Of a stretch of DNA of 64,000 nt, positions 18,001-31,919 are shown piece after piece. The notes beneath the pieces were generated by a model. It did no database searches and was not told where the DNA came from. It saw nothing but the letters and a program-made list of their open reading frames with translations. The position numbers were made by a program, and so were the translations under genes. Positions within the stretch are counted from its first letter, which is position 1. Each line of letters opens with the position of its first letter. The stretch is taken from contig JAUCBJ010007289.1 in the NCBI GenBank assembly GCA_032718475.1, positions 124,001-188,000 on the forward strand, given 5' to 3'. Origin of the DNA: Nemertoderma westbladi. Its lineage: Eukaryota; Animalia; Xenacoelomorpha.

Positions 18001-21000
18001 AACAACAACAATATAAATAAAGAGGTCAACAACAACAATATAAATAAAGAGGTGAATAACAATAATATAAATAAAGAGATATGTCAACAATAACAATAGA
18101 AATAAAGAGATATGTCAACAACAACAATATAAATAAAGAGATATGTCAACAACAACAATATAAATAAAGAGATATGTCAACAACAACAATATAAATAAAG
18201 AGGTCAACAACAACAATATAAATAAAGAGGTGAATAACAATAATATAAATAAAGAGATATGTCAACAATAACAATAGAAATAAAGAGATATGTCAACAAC
18301 AACAATATAAATAAAGAGATATGTCAACAACAACAATATAAATAAAGAGATATGTCAACAACAACAATATAAATAAAGAGATATGTCAACAACAACAATA
18401 TAAATAAAGAGGTCAACAACAACAATATAAATAAAGAGATATGTCAACAACAACAATAGAAATAAAGAGGTGAATAACAATAATATAAATAAAGAGATAT
18501 GTCAACAATAACAATAGAAATAAAGAGATATGTCAACAACAACAATATAAATAAAGAGATATGTCAACAACAACAATATAAATAAAGAGATATGTCAACA
18601 ACAACAATATAAATAAAGAGATATGTCAACAACAACAATATAAATAAAGAGATATGTCGACAACAACAATATAAATAAAGAGGTCAACAACAACAATACA
18701 AATAAAGAGATATGTCAACAACAACAATATAAAAAAAGAGATATGTCAACAACAACAATTTAAATAAAGAGGTCAACAACAACAATATGAATAAAGAGAT
18801 ATGTCAACAACAATAATATAAATAAAGATATATGTCAACAACAACAATATAAATAAAGAGATATGTAAACAACAACAATATAAATAAAGAGATATGTCAA
18901 CAACAACAATATAAATAAAGAGGTATGTCAACAACAACAATATAAACAAAGAGATATGTCAACAACAACAATATAAATAAAGAGATATGTCAACAACAAC
19001 AATATAAATAAAGAGATATGTCAACAACAACAATATAAATAAAGAGGTCAACAACAACAATATAAATAAAGAGATATGTCAACAACAACAATAGAAATAA
19101 AGAGGTGAATAACAACAATATAAATAAAGAGATATGTCAACAATAACAATAGAAATAAAGAGATATGTCAACAACAACAATATAAATAAAGAGATATGTC
19201 AACAACAACAATATAAATAAAGAGATATGTCAACAACAACAATATAAATAAAGAGATATGTCAACAACAACAATATAAATAAAGAGATATGTCAACAACA
19301 ACAATATAAATAAAGAGATATGTCGACAACAACAATATAAATAAAGAGGTCAACAACAACAATACAAATAAAGAGATATGTCAACAACAACAATATAAAA
19401 AAAGAGATATGTCAACAACAACAATTTAAATAAAGAGGTCAACAACAACAATATGAATAAAGAGATATGTCAACAACAACAATATAAATAAAGATATATG
19501 TCAACAACAACAATATAAATAAAGAGATATGTAAACAACAACAATATAAATAAAGAGATATGTCAACAACAACAATATAAATAAAGAGGTATGTCAACAA
19601 CAACAATATAAATAAAGAGATATGTCAACAACAACAATATAAATAAAGAGATATGTCAACAACAACAATATAAATAAAGAGATATGTCAACAACAACAAT
19701 ATAAATAAAGAGATATGTCAACAACAACAATATAAATAAAGAGATATGTCAACAACAACAATATAAATAAAGAGATATGTCAACAACAACAATAGAAATA
19801 AAGAGGTCAACAACAACAATATAAATAAAGAGATATGTCAACAACAACAATATAAATAAAGAGATATGTCAACAACAACAATAGAAATAAAGAGGTCAAC
19901 AACAACAATATAAATAAAGAGATATGTCAACAACAACAATATAAATAAAGAGGTCAACAACAACAATATAAATAAAGAGGTGAACAACAACAATATAAAT
20001 AAAGAGATATGTCAACAACAACAATATAAATAAAGAGATATGTCAACAACAACAATATAAATAAAGAAGTCAACAACAACAATATAAATAAAGAGATATG
20101 TCAACAATAACAATATAAATAAAGAGGTCAACAACAACAATATAAATAAAGAGATATGTCAACAACAACAATATAAATAAAGAAATATGTCAACAACAAC
20201 AATATAAATAAAGAGGTCAACAACAACAATTTAAATAAAGAGGTCAACAACAACAACATAAATAAAGAGATATGTCAACAACAACAATATAAATAAAGAG
20301 ATATGTCAACAACAACAATATAAATAAAGAGGTCAACAACAACAATAGAAATAAAGAGGTGAACAACAACAATATAAATAAAGAGATATGTCAACAACAA
20401 CAATATAAATAAAGAGATATGTCAACAACAACAATATAAATAAAGAGATATGTCAACAACAACAATATAAATAAAAAGATATGTCAACAACAACAATTTA
20501 AATAAAGAGGTGAACAACAACAATATAAATAAAGAGATATGTCAACAACAACAATATAAATAAAGAAGTCAACAACAACAATATAAATAAAGAGATATGT
20601 CAACAATAACAATATAAATAAAGAGGTCAACAACAACAATATAAATAAAGAGATATGTCAACAACAACAATATAAATAAAGAGATATGTCAACAACAACA
20701 ATATAAATAAAGAGGTCAACAACAACAATTTAAATAAAGAGGTGAACAACAACAATATAAATAAAGAGATATGTCAACAACAACAATATAAATAAAGAGA
20801 TATGTCAACAACAACAATATAAATAAAGAGATATGTCAACAACAACAATATAAATAAAGAGGTGAACAACAACAATATAAATAAAGAGATATGTCAACAA
20901 CAACAATATAAATAAAGAGATATGTCAACAACAACAATATAAATAAAGAGATATGTCAACAACAACAATATAAATAAAGAGATATGTCAACAACAACAAT

Positions 21001-23890
21001 ATAAATAAAGAGATATGTCAACAACAACAATATAAATAAAGAGATATGTCAACAACAACAATATAAATAAAGAGGTCAACAACAACAATTTAAATAAAGA
21101 GGTGAACAACAACAATATAAATAAAGAGATATGTCAACAACAACAATATAAATAAAGAGATATGTCAACAACAACAATATAAATAAAGAGATATGTCAAC
21201 AACAACAATATAAATAAAAAGATATGTCAACAACAACAATTTAAATAAAGAGGTGAACAACAACAATATAAATAAAGAGATATGTCAACAACAACAATAT
21301 AAATAAAGAGATATGTCAACAACAACAATATAAATAAAGAGGTCAACAACAACAATATAAATAAAGAGATATGTCAACAACAACAATAGAAATAAAGAGT
21401 TATGTCAACAACAACAATATAAATAAAGAGGTGAACAACAACAATATAAATAAAGAGATATGTCAACAACAACAATATAAATAAAGAGATATGTCAACAA
21501 CAACAATATAAATAAAGAGATATGTCAACAACAACAATATAAATAAAGAGATATGTCAACAACAACAATATAAATAAAGAGGTCAACAACAACAATATAA
21601 ATAAAGAGGTGAACAACAACAATATAAATAAAGAGATATGTCAACAACAACAATATAAATAAAGAGATATGTCAACAACAACAATATAAATAAAGAGATA
21701 TGTCAACAACAACAATATAAATAAAGAGATATGTCAACAACAACAATATAAATAAAGAGACATGTCAACAACAACAATATAAATAAAGAGATATGTCAAC
21801 AACAACAATATAAATAAAGAGATATGTCAACAACAACAATATAAATAAAGAGGTCAACAACAACATTATAAATAAAGAGATATGTCAACAACAACAATAG
21901 AAATAAAGAGATATGTCAACAACAACAATATAAATAAAGAAATATGTCAACAACAACAATATAAATAAAGAGATATGTCAACAACAACAATATAAATAAA
22001 GAGATATGTCAACAACAACAATAGAAATAAAGAGATATGTCAACAACAACAATATAAATAAAGAGATATGTCAACAACAACAATATAAATAAAGAGATGT
22101 CAACAACAACAATATAAATAAAGAGGTCAACAACAACAATATAAATAAAGAGATATGTCAACAACAACAATATAAATAAAGAGATATGTCAACAACAACA
22201 ATATAAATAAAGAGATATGTCAACAACAACAATATAAATAAAGAGATATGTCAACAACAACAATATAAATAAAGAGGTCAACAACAACAATATAAATAAA
22301 GAGATATGTCAACAACAACAATAGAAATAAAGAGGTGAATAACAACAATATAAATAAAGAGATATGTCAACAATAACAATAGAAATAAAGAGATATGTCA
22401 ACAACAACAATATAAATAAAGAGATATGTCAACAACAACAATATAAATAAAGAGATATGTCAACAACAACAATATAAATAAAGAGATATGTCAACAACAA
22501 CAATATAAATAAAGAGATATGTCAACAACAACAATATAAATAAAGAGATATGTCAACAACAACAATATAAATAAAGAGATATGTCAACAACAACAATATA
22601 AATAAAGAGATATGTCAACAACAACAATATAAATAAAGAGATATGTCAACAACAACAATATAAATAAAGAGATATGTCAACAACAAGAATATAAATAAAG
22701 AGGTCAACAACAACAATATAAATAAAGAGGTCAACAACAACAATATAAATAAAAAGATATGTCAACAACAACAATATAAATAAAGAGATATGTCAACAAC
22801 AACAATATAAATAAAGAGATATGTCAACAACAACAATATAAATAAAGAGGTCAACAACAACAATATAAATAAAGAGATATGTCAACAACAACAATATAAA
22901 TAAAGAGATATGTCAACAACAACAATATAAATAAAGAGATATGTCAACAACAAGAATATAAATAAAGAGGTCAACAACAACAATATAAATAAAGAGGTCA
23001 ACAACAACAATATAAATAAAAAGATATGTCAACAACAACAATATAAATAAAGAGATATGTCAACAACAACAATATAAATAAAGAGATATGTCAACAACAA
23101 CAATATAAATAAAGAGGTCAACAACAACAATATAAATAAAGAGATATGTCAACAACAACAATATAAATAAAGAGATATGTCAACAACAACAATATAAATA
23201 AAGAGATATGTCAACAACAAGAATATAAATAAAGAGGTCAACAACAACAATATAAATAAAGAGGTCAACAACAACAATATAAATAAAAAGATATGTCAAC
23301 AACAACAATATAAATAAAGAGATATGTCAACAACAACAATATAAATAAAGAGGTCAACAACAACAATATAAATAAAAAGATATGTCAACAACAACAATAT
23401 AAATAAAGAGATATGTCAACAACAACAATATAAATAAAGAGGTCAACAACAACAATATAAATAAAGAGATATGTCAACAACAACAATATAAATAAAGAGA
23501 TATGTCAACAACAACAATATAAATAAAGAGGTCAACAACAACAATATAAATAAAGAGGTGAACAACAACAATATAAATAAAGAGATATGTCAACAACAAC
23601 AATATAAATAAAGAGATATGTCAACAACAACAATATAAATAAAGAGATATGTCAACAACAACAATATAAATAAAGAGATATGTTAACAACAACAATATAA
23701 ATAAAGAGATATGTCAACAACAACAATATAAATAAAGAGATATGTCAACAACAACAATATAAATAAAGAGATATGTCAACAACAACAATATAAATAAAGA
23801 GATATGTCAACAACAAGAATATAAATAAAGAGATATGTCAACAACAACAATATAAATAAAAAGATATGTCAACAACAACAATATAACAAA
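1..23890. repeat. Satellite/minisatellite array of 27-bp (TCAACAACAACAATATAAATAAAGAGG) and 31-bp (TCAACAACAACAATATAAATAAAGAGATATG) monomers; runs off the left edge
   Basis: Seen directly: uninterrupted head-to-tail monomers with rare point variants (GGTGAAC, AATAGAA, GACATG). The array ends at ~23890 (…ATATAACAAAAGCTG). Confidence 0.99.
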
Positions 23891-24170
23891 AGCTGACTAG
23901 AAGTATAATGCAGTTATCCTTTAATATTGATTGATTGGTACGAAGGTTTGGTTCGATCCGGATTACAAAGGAGGCAAATAAATGCCCCATCCCAAGATAA
24001 TTGGCCAGTAACATTTATACTTCTTGGAAAGAAAAACAATTACAATAATTATTATTGACATTGGCACATTTTTGTTTAATAAGGGGATTGTTGTTGGAAT
24101 CGAAGAAATAAGTTATAAAATTAAATTATTATTTAATGATATAATAATTATTTAATTATTATAAATAAAA

Positions 24171-24823
24171 TTATATATTTTCGAGCTCACCTTCAATCTG
24201 TATTTTCATTTCAACCTTTTTAGCTAGAATACTAGAACTTGGTCCCCAAATTATATTTCCGTAAACCCCATTCAGATTGGATCCCACACAGTCCCGGAAC
24301 CACCATCCTCCGGGATAGTCATGATCGGCGCAGTTGAGGATGTTACTAGCATCGTTATCACGATCCAATGTGGAGAAACCCATTTCATTGTGGAAACCAT
24401 CAGGATATGATGCGTCAGTGAAGGTAGGTCCATCAGAAACATCGATCGTTGTCAGTGGATTGCTATATCCAGACACACTCAACATATAGTTGGAGTCATC
24501 TGGTCCCACTTCAAAGTATGAATATTCGGAAATGCCAAATTTTGTATCTGTATCAAAGCATATCTCTATCCTCAACTGAACCCCTCCCTTGGTGATGTTG
24601 TGGATGTTCTTCAAGCCCAACCAGAAATTCGTGTTGAGATCTCCGAAGCCATTCTCGTATTCTTCCCAGGTGCGTTCGAATCCAATATTTCCATCAACAC
24701 GACGTTGTATAACCAGCCAAGGACCTCCTGCAGTTTTATTGTCTATCCGTAGACAACCATTCAGGCCATCTATAGTTGAAGATTGGATAATGTTTCCAGG
24801 TGGATACTCTGGTAAACAGGGAT
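24171..24823 (-). CDS. Terminal exon of a fibrinogen-related domain (FReD; ficolin/tachylectin/angiopoietin-like) gene
   Basis: The frame extends upstream of the listed ORF: DPCLPEYPPG…GGPWLVIQRRVDGNIGFERTWEEYENGFGDLNTNFWLGLKNIH…FSTLDRDND…NCA…GGWWFRDCVGSNLNG…VEMKI. These are fibrinogen C-terminal domain motifs. Acceptor TTTTAG|AT at 24824/24823, phase 1 (653 nt = 2 + 217 codons). Confidence 0.93.
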
Positions 24824-25257
24824 CTAAAATATTAATTCAGTAAATAACGGATTGATTTATTAGAGAAATTAATATCCTATGAATCTATTGTACAATGAAA
24901 AAAGCGTGGGTGCGCTTGAGGTTTATAAACATAATGTTTATAAACATAAGGTTTATACACAAAATGACTTGAAAGTGATTATTGTTTTCGAAAATATGAA
25001 GTACCACGCCCTAATTTTGGTGCAACAAAACAGATGTACCACTAAGACTTGAGGCTTCTATGTTACTTTCAATCGATTCAGCGGTCCAGAAAACCCATAA
25101 AAATACGTTGGAATCAAAACTTTAGAGTATTTTTTCCGAATATTGCAAGTTTGAAAATATTGTTGCATCAATAATAACGTACCACTACACTTACATACTC
25201 CATACGAACCTCCTGACACTTTCGCACATCCACAACAACACACAAAAGAGGACCACA

Positions 25258-26451
25258 ATGACAAAAAACAGTACACCGAGAGTGACCTGGAAACAGAAGG
25301 GAAATCAAAATCATATGAGAACACACGGAAAAGAAAATCAAAGAGAAACAGTAAAAATAACAAACAAGTCAACAATACACAAAGTGTCTCAGATAGTGAA
25401 GACAACCAAACATATATCATACTATCAGAAGCCAACTGCGACTCTCAGAAAACATACCCCGATTCAGGCGACCCTAACACAGAACACAGTATATACTACC
25501 CAAAGACACTGGAAGAAGTAACAAACCCGAGAAATTACCACGTATGGCAACATGTTAGGACAGGCAACCCCCTGAACCAACCGTACCAGAACAGAAAAAA
25601 CAACCGAATAGCGCCAACTGAAACCTCAAATACCTACAACGAACTAGACATGGACAGCAAGATGGCCACCCTTCTAGAGAAACAAAATGACCTAATAGAC
25701 GCAATCAGTACCAACAACAACTACAAAAGTACAAACCATCAGGCCATGATAAACACCAAACCCCTCAAGGTTGCCAACACCGACGTCAACAACACCAAAC
25801 CCAAACAAAATAACACCAGATCACCCACAATTCACACGCACGGGAACAAAGAAAGACGAAAAGACACTAGCGAAGCAATAAAGACGATTGTAGTACTAGG
25901 CCTACCAGCAAACAGCAGCTCAGTTACCCTGTCACTATTTTGCTACAAGCAGACAGGCATACAACCTATACACGTATGGGTAAAAGGGAAAAAATTTAAC
26001 CCAAAATCGGCTATAGTAACATATAAACGCTAGTAACTATGCAATATTCATGGACAAAAGTATGTGGCCAGGTGAGAACCCCACAACCCACGACTACATC
26101 GAACCCATCAGCAATAGAAACAATCACTACCCTAGGTCAGAAACATCCAACAGTCATCAACACAACAATCCCCACAACAACATAAACAGTAGCAGTGACT
26201 ACGATGACAGAAGAAGAACCGACCTTCCAAGACATACCAGCAACCGCCAACAAGACCGCTACTACTACAAATCCAACAACCATGACATTCTTAGACAAGA
26301 CAAGCATGTGTCCATCAATCAAACTCAACCATTACACTGGGACAACCAGACACGAAATTACCAACGACACACTGCTAACTATAACAAGAAGACCCACTAC
26401 AACAACAAAAACCACAGTCGCTACAATAACGAAAAATACCGCTGCTTTTAA
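25258..26451 (+). pseudogene. LINE A ORF1 remnant (coiled coil + RRM-like), broken by stops
   Basis: Fragments 25258-25521, 25650-26033 and 26050-26451. Motifs TIVVLGLP…SAIVTY…MWPG and the position just upstream of the endonuclease ORF. Confidence 0.6.
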
Positions 26452-26555
26452 ATCGAACTCCTTTTATTCCAAACCGCCCAAAAACCTTAAGTGAGTACAT
26501 CGACCGTCTGGATGACCCCGCCCCAAAATCTCATAATGGCCATGACAAACCACAA

Positions 26556-27698
26556 ATGACGACAGGAACGACAGCGCGAGAAACAAAGAATATGGACAAC
26601 TTACCTGTAAAATCACTGAAAGTAATAACCTACAACTGCCAAGGCTACAGCAGAAACCGACACTACATTAACATGTTACTAAGCACGGAACACCCCGACA
26701 TATTGATACTCCAGGAGCACTGGCTTGGGCACAGAGAAACAACCTTTAATTTCGGTAAAACGCAAATGAACAAAAATTACTCATGTAAACCAGGTCAATA
26801 TACCGTTGCCATCGGGATGGACAACGGCAAACCACGAGTTAGAGGCGAAGGTGGTGTTGCTTTTTTCACTAGGAACGACATCACACCTTTCTGTACGTCT
26901 TTGGAAACCAACTCTGATCGAATTGTAGCCATGACCTTAGACAACATGTACGACAGCAACATAACAGTAGTAGGACTGTACATGCCATACAACAGCGGAG
27001 AGACATATAGCGAAATGAACTACATACAGGAATGCGGCAAACTATCATCACTACTCGACGATGCTAAGCAAAATGGAAACGAGCTCCTGGTAGCAGGCGA
27101 CATTAATGGAATCCTCCCACACCACAATCAATCAAATAAGAAATCCTTCGGCAAGTTGTTCACCGACAATATCACAGAACCGTTTCAGTTACAAACCACA
27201 AACAACGCACCAATAACCACAGGTGGACATGCAAGCTTTTTCTTTAGATCAAAGAACAAGACCATCCTGCGAGAGTCACTGATAGACTACATCACTAACA
27301 CCACAGGCATAGGAAACAGGCTTTCTACAACCCATACCTACAAACCAACCTTCGACAACATATCAGATCATACACCAATTATGTCCACGTACAAACTACC
27401 AGCATACACCGACAACCAACATCTACCACCACCTTCTAAACTCAGCAAATGCCGTGTTTTCCTATTTAACAAGGCAACAGATGAGGAAAAGAAACAATAC
27501 AAGAAGCAAATTGAACGGGCCCTTCAAAATATCAACAACACAAACAATATAGACAATTCCACAACAACAAACCAGATGGCGGATCTCATCACAAACATAA
27601 TACTACAGGCCGCAAAATCCCACATTCCTTCAATAGTGCCAAAAAAACTAAACAAATGGAAAAGAAGATGGAAGGACACTTCAAAACCACCACAGTAA
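26556..27698 (+). pseudogene. LINE A ORF2 apurinic-like endonuclease domain
   Basis: Motifs VITYNCQG, DILILQEHWL, GGVAFF, VGLYMP, VAGDING, IDYI, SDHTPI. Confidence 0.92.
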
Positions 27699-27822
27699 AA
27701 CACAGCAGACGCCAACGCAAATAGAAAAATCCCTACAAAGCCTTCAGCAGAGACGAAGCTGCAAAAGACTCGCCCATGAGGCATACAAGCAACACATCCT
27801 AAGCTTAGCTGAAAACTGCAAA

Positions 27823-30122
27823 TTGTCACCCGAAAAATTCTGGAACACCTTAAAAGATGAGGAACAACAGTCGTCTAACATAGCCAACACAAACTCCGAC
27901 AACATATATCGCCACTATAAAGCCTTCTTCGAATCAGAGCGAAACAACAAAGAGGAAATAGACACAAACACACAACAACGCACACAAAACGCTAGTGAGC
28001 CCATCCAAAAGATCACCCCCACCAGGTCGACGAAGCAATAAAACTGCGGAGGACACCAAATCTCTGGATGGCACATTCATAAGAATGCTACGCCGGGTTC
28101 ATTGTGTCAAGTACAATGCACACATCTCCAACCAGACACTATATAACATTGGAGGTGTCTCATTGGTTCCCCCAAGCTTGACACTAGAACAAAATCGCCT
28201 CCGCTTTGCAGGACATTGCTTTCGCCGTGAGGACCAGCCAGTGAATAATCTTGTACTTTGACAGCCTCATGGAGTGAATAAGCATGGTGGACAGCCCATG
28301 ACTTTCTTGAGACGCATCTTAAAGGACACTGGCCTTAAAGATGCGGATGATCTAGCAAATGTCATGGGTGATAGGGAGTTGTGGCGGCGCAATTTTGTCG
28401 ACAAGCCGGCACAGCATTCTTAAAAATGCAGCTGCAATGCAGCATGCCGATCCTAGTAGTAAGCAATAAAATCTCTCAACAAACGTAAATCGGCCGACAT
28501 CAACAACCTATCTGCCGAACACCTCCTACACGGCAGAACAGTACCACTACTCACCCAATTCCTTGCAGACCTATACAACATGATGCAGTTAACCAATACT
28601 TTCCCTGACAACCTATGTACAAGTTTACTAATCCCACATCTGAAGGGAAATAACCGCAGTAAACATCACGCCGATAGCTACAGAGCGATATCTATTCTCT
28701 CCATTCTGGTAAAACTCTGGGAAACAATAGTCATGCCGCAATTCACAAAAGAAAAACCAAGTGACCTCCAGATGGCGTACAAAAAGGGTATCAGTAGTGA
28801 AATGACATATTCCATGTCAAACAGGCTCATTAAACGCTTCACCAATGGCGGATCTACCATTCACATGCTAGCAGAATTCATCACAGAACACTTTTCGAAA
28901 AGCTACAAAAAACAGACATTAACAAACGACTAATTAATCTACTGGAAGCATATTACCACAACTCAACCGCCCACATGAGAACAGGCAGAAGGGTGTACAC
29001 CGAACCTATCAAACTCGGCAAAGGAATACGGCAAGGAGGCATACTATCTGCCTGGCTCTTCAATTTCTACTTACAAGAAGACCTCTTCGAGACCCTAGGA
29101 GAATCTGGGCTAGTACTACATTTCGGCACAGAATCGTACCCGGCCCTTGGTTACGCCGACGACCTATTGTTGCTAGCAAACCTTAAGGATGATCTCCAAC
29201 AACAAATCGACATATGCACCACGTTCTTTGCCAGAAATGGCCTCACCATAAACACAAAAAAATCGCATTACGTAAGATGTACCGGTACGCAACCAAAAAC
29301 AACACCAATTGAAGGTACGCAACCACAAACAACACCAATTGAAGGCTACACCATACAAGTAGGATCAGTTTTCCTACACGAGGAGGCCAGCTGTAAATAC
29401 CTAGGTTTACCACTTCCAGGTACACCGCAAACGATCGAGACCACATAACCAAACGCTGCTGGTGGAACGTATCAAGGATGCGATCACGGGGCCTAACAGC
29501 CCACGACGTACCTCTACAAATCACCAAAAAAAACTGGAACACAATCTGCCTCCCGTCTATCGCATATGGTATTGCAAATGTGGATGACGCCTCTGTGACC
29601 AAACTATCAATAGTAATGCGAAAGGCAATGGGATCGATCATTGGCGTGGGGAACTACGTCACAAACAACACCCTACACAATCTGTTGCGATGCGACGACC
29701 TGGAATCAATCGTCGCACACAGCAGATGTAGACTCCTGTACAGCGCCGTCAACTCAGGAAACATAAAAATTGCACACCTCTACACAACACTGCTCAGCCA
29801 ACGCCTATGCGATACCTACACAGAACCAACTTTTGTCGAGTACTCCATTGCGAGTTGGAGGAGTAACCTACCCACCCTACACAGCATCGTAACAGCCTCC
29901 TACAACATAAAACTGGTGATCAAGGGCTCACGAAAACACTGCAAGCCCGTCCTGAGCACCAAGTACTGTTTCAACACGTGGTATCTCGAAAGTATCCTAA
30001 ATATTCCAAACGCAAACTACTCCATAAAGAACCAATGCATACGAGACTACTACAAACTGCCGACACTCGCGCGAACAACCAAACAGGTTTCACACGGACT
30101 CACGTTCAACTCCACCACATAA
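27823..30122 (+). pseudogene. LINE A ORF2 reverse transcriptase and C-terminus; frameshifted, interrupted and internally deleted
   Basis: Motifs EAIKSLNKRKS, SYRAISILSILVKLWE, LQMAYKKG, GIRQGGILSAWLF, YADDLLL, KYLG. The LDxxKAFD motif is absent near 28870. Confidence 0.9.
28044..28460 (+). mobile_element. 5'-truncated RTE-like LINE 3' fragment inserted into LINE A
   Basis: Encodes RLRFAGHCFRREDQPVNNLVL…RILKDTGL…MGDRELWRR and ends in a TAGTAGT tail. Flanked by an 11-bp TSD AAGCAATAAAA (28033-28043 and 28461-28471). Removing it restores host QVDEAIKSLNKRKSAD. Confidence 0.9.
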
Positions 30123-30808
30123 CAAGCACACAAATCACACGCATTTCCGATCATGACAAATACTATATGATTTCTTAATTCCCACCTCCCTATAGTCTAT
30201 AATTATATTCATTTGTTTTGGTGCATACAAACAACACTTGTGCCTTCAACAACCCTGTGTGTAATAGTCCTGTGTGTAATAGTTACACCCGTACACCTTA
30301 TAGACACTACCGTCAGACATCGTATACCCACTAATTATAATTAATTAACGGTAACATGTGACTACAGTGTAATGTAACCAATAGCATTGTTAATCTTAAT
30401 TTTGTCGATTGTGTTCTGTTCCGTTTTTACTTGACCGACCATTTTATACAATAATAGCCGACGGGGCCTCAAGCTGGTAATATAATAAAAAAAAAAAAAA
30501 AAAAAAATAGAGTAGTAAAGTGCTCCATACGAATCAAAATCAATGAAAAAGCACCAACATAGATAATTAAAACTTACAAATGACCTCTTAAAATTAGAAA
30601 ATTTCAAAAAAATTGTGTTGCTCTCGTGGACCAAATGTTGAGGTGGCACCAACATCGAAAAGTAGTCTAATTGCAACGCCGTTTTTTGCAAAAGATGCAC
30701 CATTAAATTTGACAAATTCTCGTAAAAAATTGGGAAGGTACATAATATAGTTGCATATTATAGGTACATCAATTAAAAACTAGGGGGGGGGGGGGGGGGG
30801 TGGGGGTG

Positions 30809-31915
30809 CAGCCCATGACTTTCTTGAAGGATGCAGGCATTGAGGATGCGGATGATCGAGCAAATGTCATGGACATGGGGGGTGGTTGGCGATGATAGTG
30901 GCAATTGTGGAATTGGTCTATTGATGAATCCAACTGCACATGCAGCATTGGACAAAATAGACCAAATCACTAACCGCATCATCCTTTGCCACTTCTCATG
31001 TTCTGGAAGACTTGCTAAGAAGATTCCTAAGGTGGTTCTGATTGTGTGCTACTCTCCAACTAGTGTTGCCCCTGTAGAGGAGGTGGAAAATTTCTACCTC
31101 AATCTACAAGCAGCTACTGATGGAGTGGATCAGCACGCATTCTTAACATTCCTGGGAGACTTTAATGCAAGTCTGCATCAATCACCTACATCGCCCTGGG
31201 TCTATAGCAATAGTGTTAACCGAAATTCCGTCCATCTTCAGGATTTTAACTCTGGAAATGGATTGTTTTCGGCTGTAACACAGTTCTAGAAGCGAACTTG
31301 AAAGCTATGGACTCATAGTGGACCCAGTGGTCACAAGTCCCAGATAGACCATATTCTGTTTCGTAGGAAATATAGGAGCTTTATACAAGACTGTAATGCA
31401 TTTACACTTCTACCCTTCTCCAGTGATCACCGCCTTATTGTGGCCAAGGTAAGACTTAGTCTGCGTGCTAGCAGAACAACGAAATCTGCCTTGCCGCGGC
31501 ATGACTGGTCCTCTCTGTTGCAACAGCCAAGTGTGAGATCCAGCTTCACACTACAGCTGAGCAACAGGTATGAGGTTCTTTTCTCTGAGGTGGCAGATCA
31601 CTGCGAGGGCTATACTGCCTTCACAGAAGCAGTTAAGTTAGCAGCTGAAGAAACAGTTCCTGTATACCCTCGTAACAGGACAATGGCCCCCTGGACTGAC
31701 AACAAAATTCAGAAGTCCGAAATGACCTCTATAAGGCGCAGAAAGAGTCCCGACTCAAACGGACTACAGCGGCCAAGAATGCAGTTAAGGCTGCATCTAG
31801 TTCCCTGAACAGGCAGTACTCTGTTAATCTATAGGAGCCAATAAACCAACAGGTTGATGCCATCAATGATGCTGACCACAGCAGGCAATCATCCTAGGCA
31901 TGGAAATCGATCAAC
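30809..31915 (+). mobile_element. RTE-like LINE fragment (endonuclease region), decayed
   Basis: Motifs GIGLLMN, RIILCHF, LIVCYSPT, EEVENFY, LGDFNAS, QIDHILF, SDHRLIVAK, LQLSNRYEVL, with internal stops. Confidence 0.85.
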
Positions 31916-31919
31916 TTGC

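Larger units (their letters stand above)
25200..30508 (+). mobile_element. Decayed non-LTR retrotransposon (LINE A; APE+RT, tentatively RTEX-like) with ORF1 remnant and poly(A) tail
   Basis: ORF1-like RRM remnant (IVVLGLP…SMWPGE), APE endonuclease, RT, 3' UTR and an A-tail at ~30487-30508. Strong A/C strand bias throughout. The 5' boundary is approximate. Confidence 0.9.

Noticed and set aside
1-23890. CRISPR array or telomeric repeat
   Set aside because: No unique spacers and a eukaryotic context. The 27/31-bp monomers lack a G-rich telomeric strand.
23885-23905. Helitron 3' end (CTAG) closing the satellite
   Set aside because: CTAG is followed by A rather than T, and no subterminal hairpin is visible.
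25198-30533. CTCCATACGAA near both ends of LINE A as a TSD
   Set aside because: The right copy lies ~15 bp beyond the poly(A) tail, which is not canonical TSD geometry. It may be coincidence.
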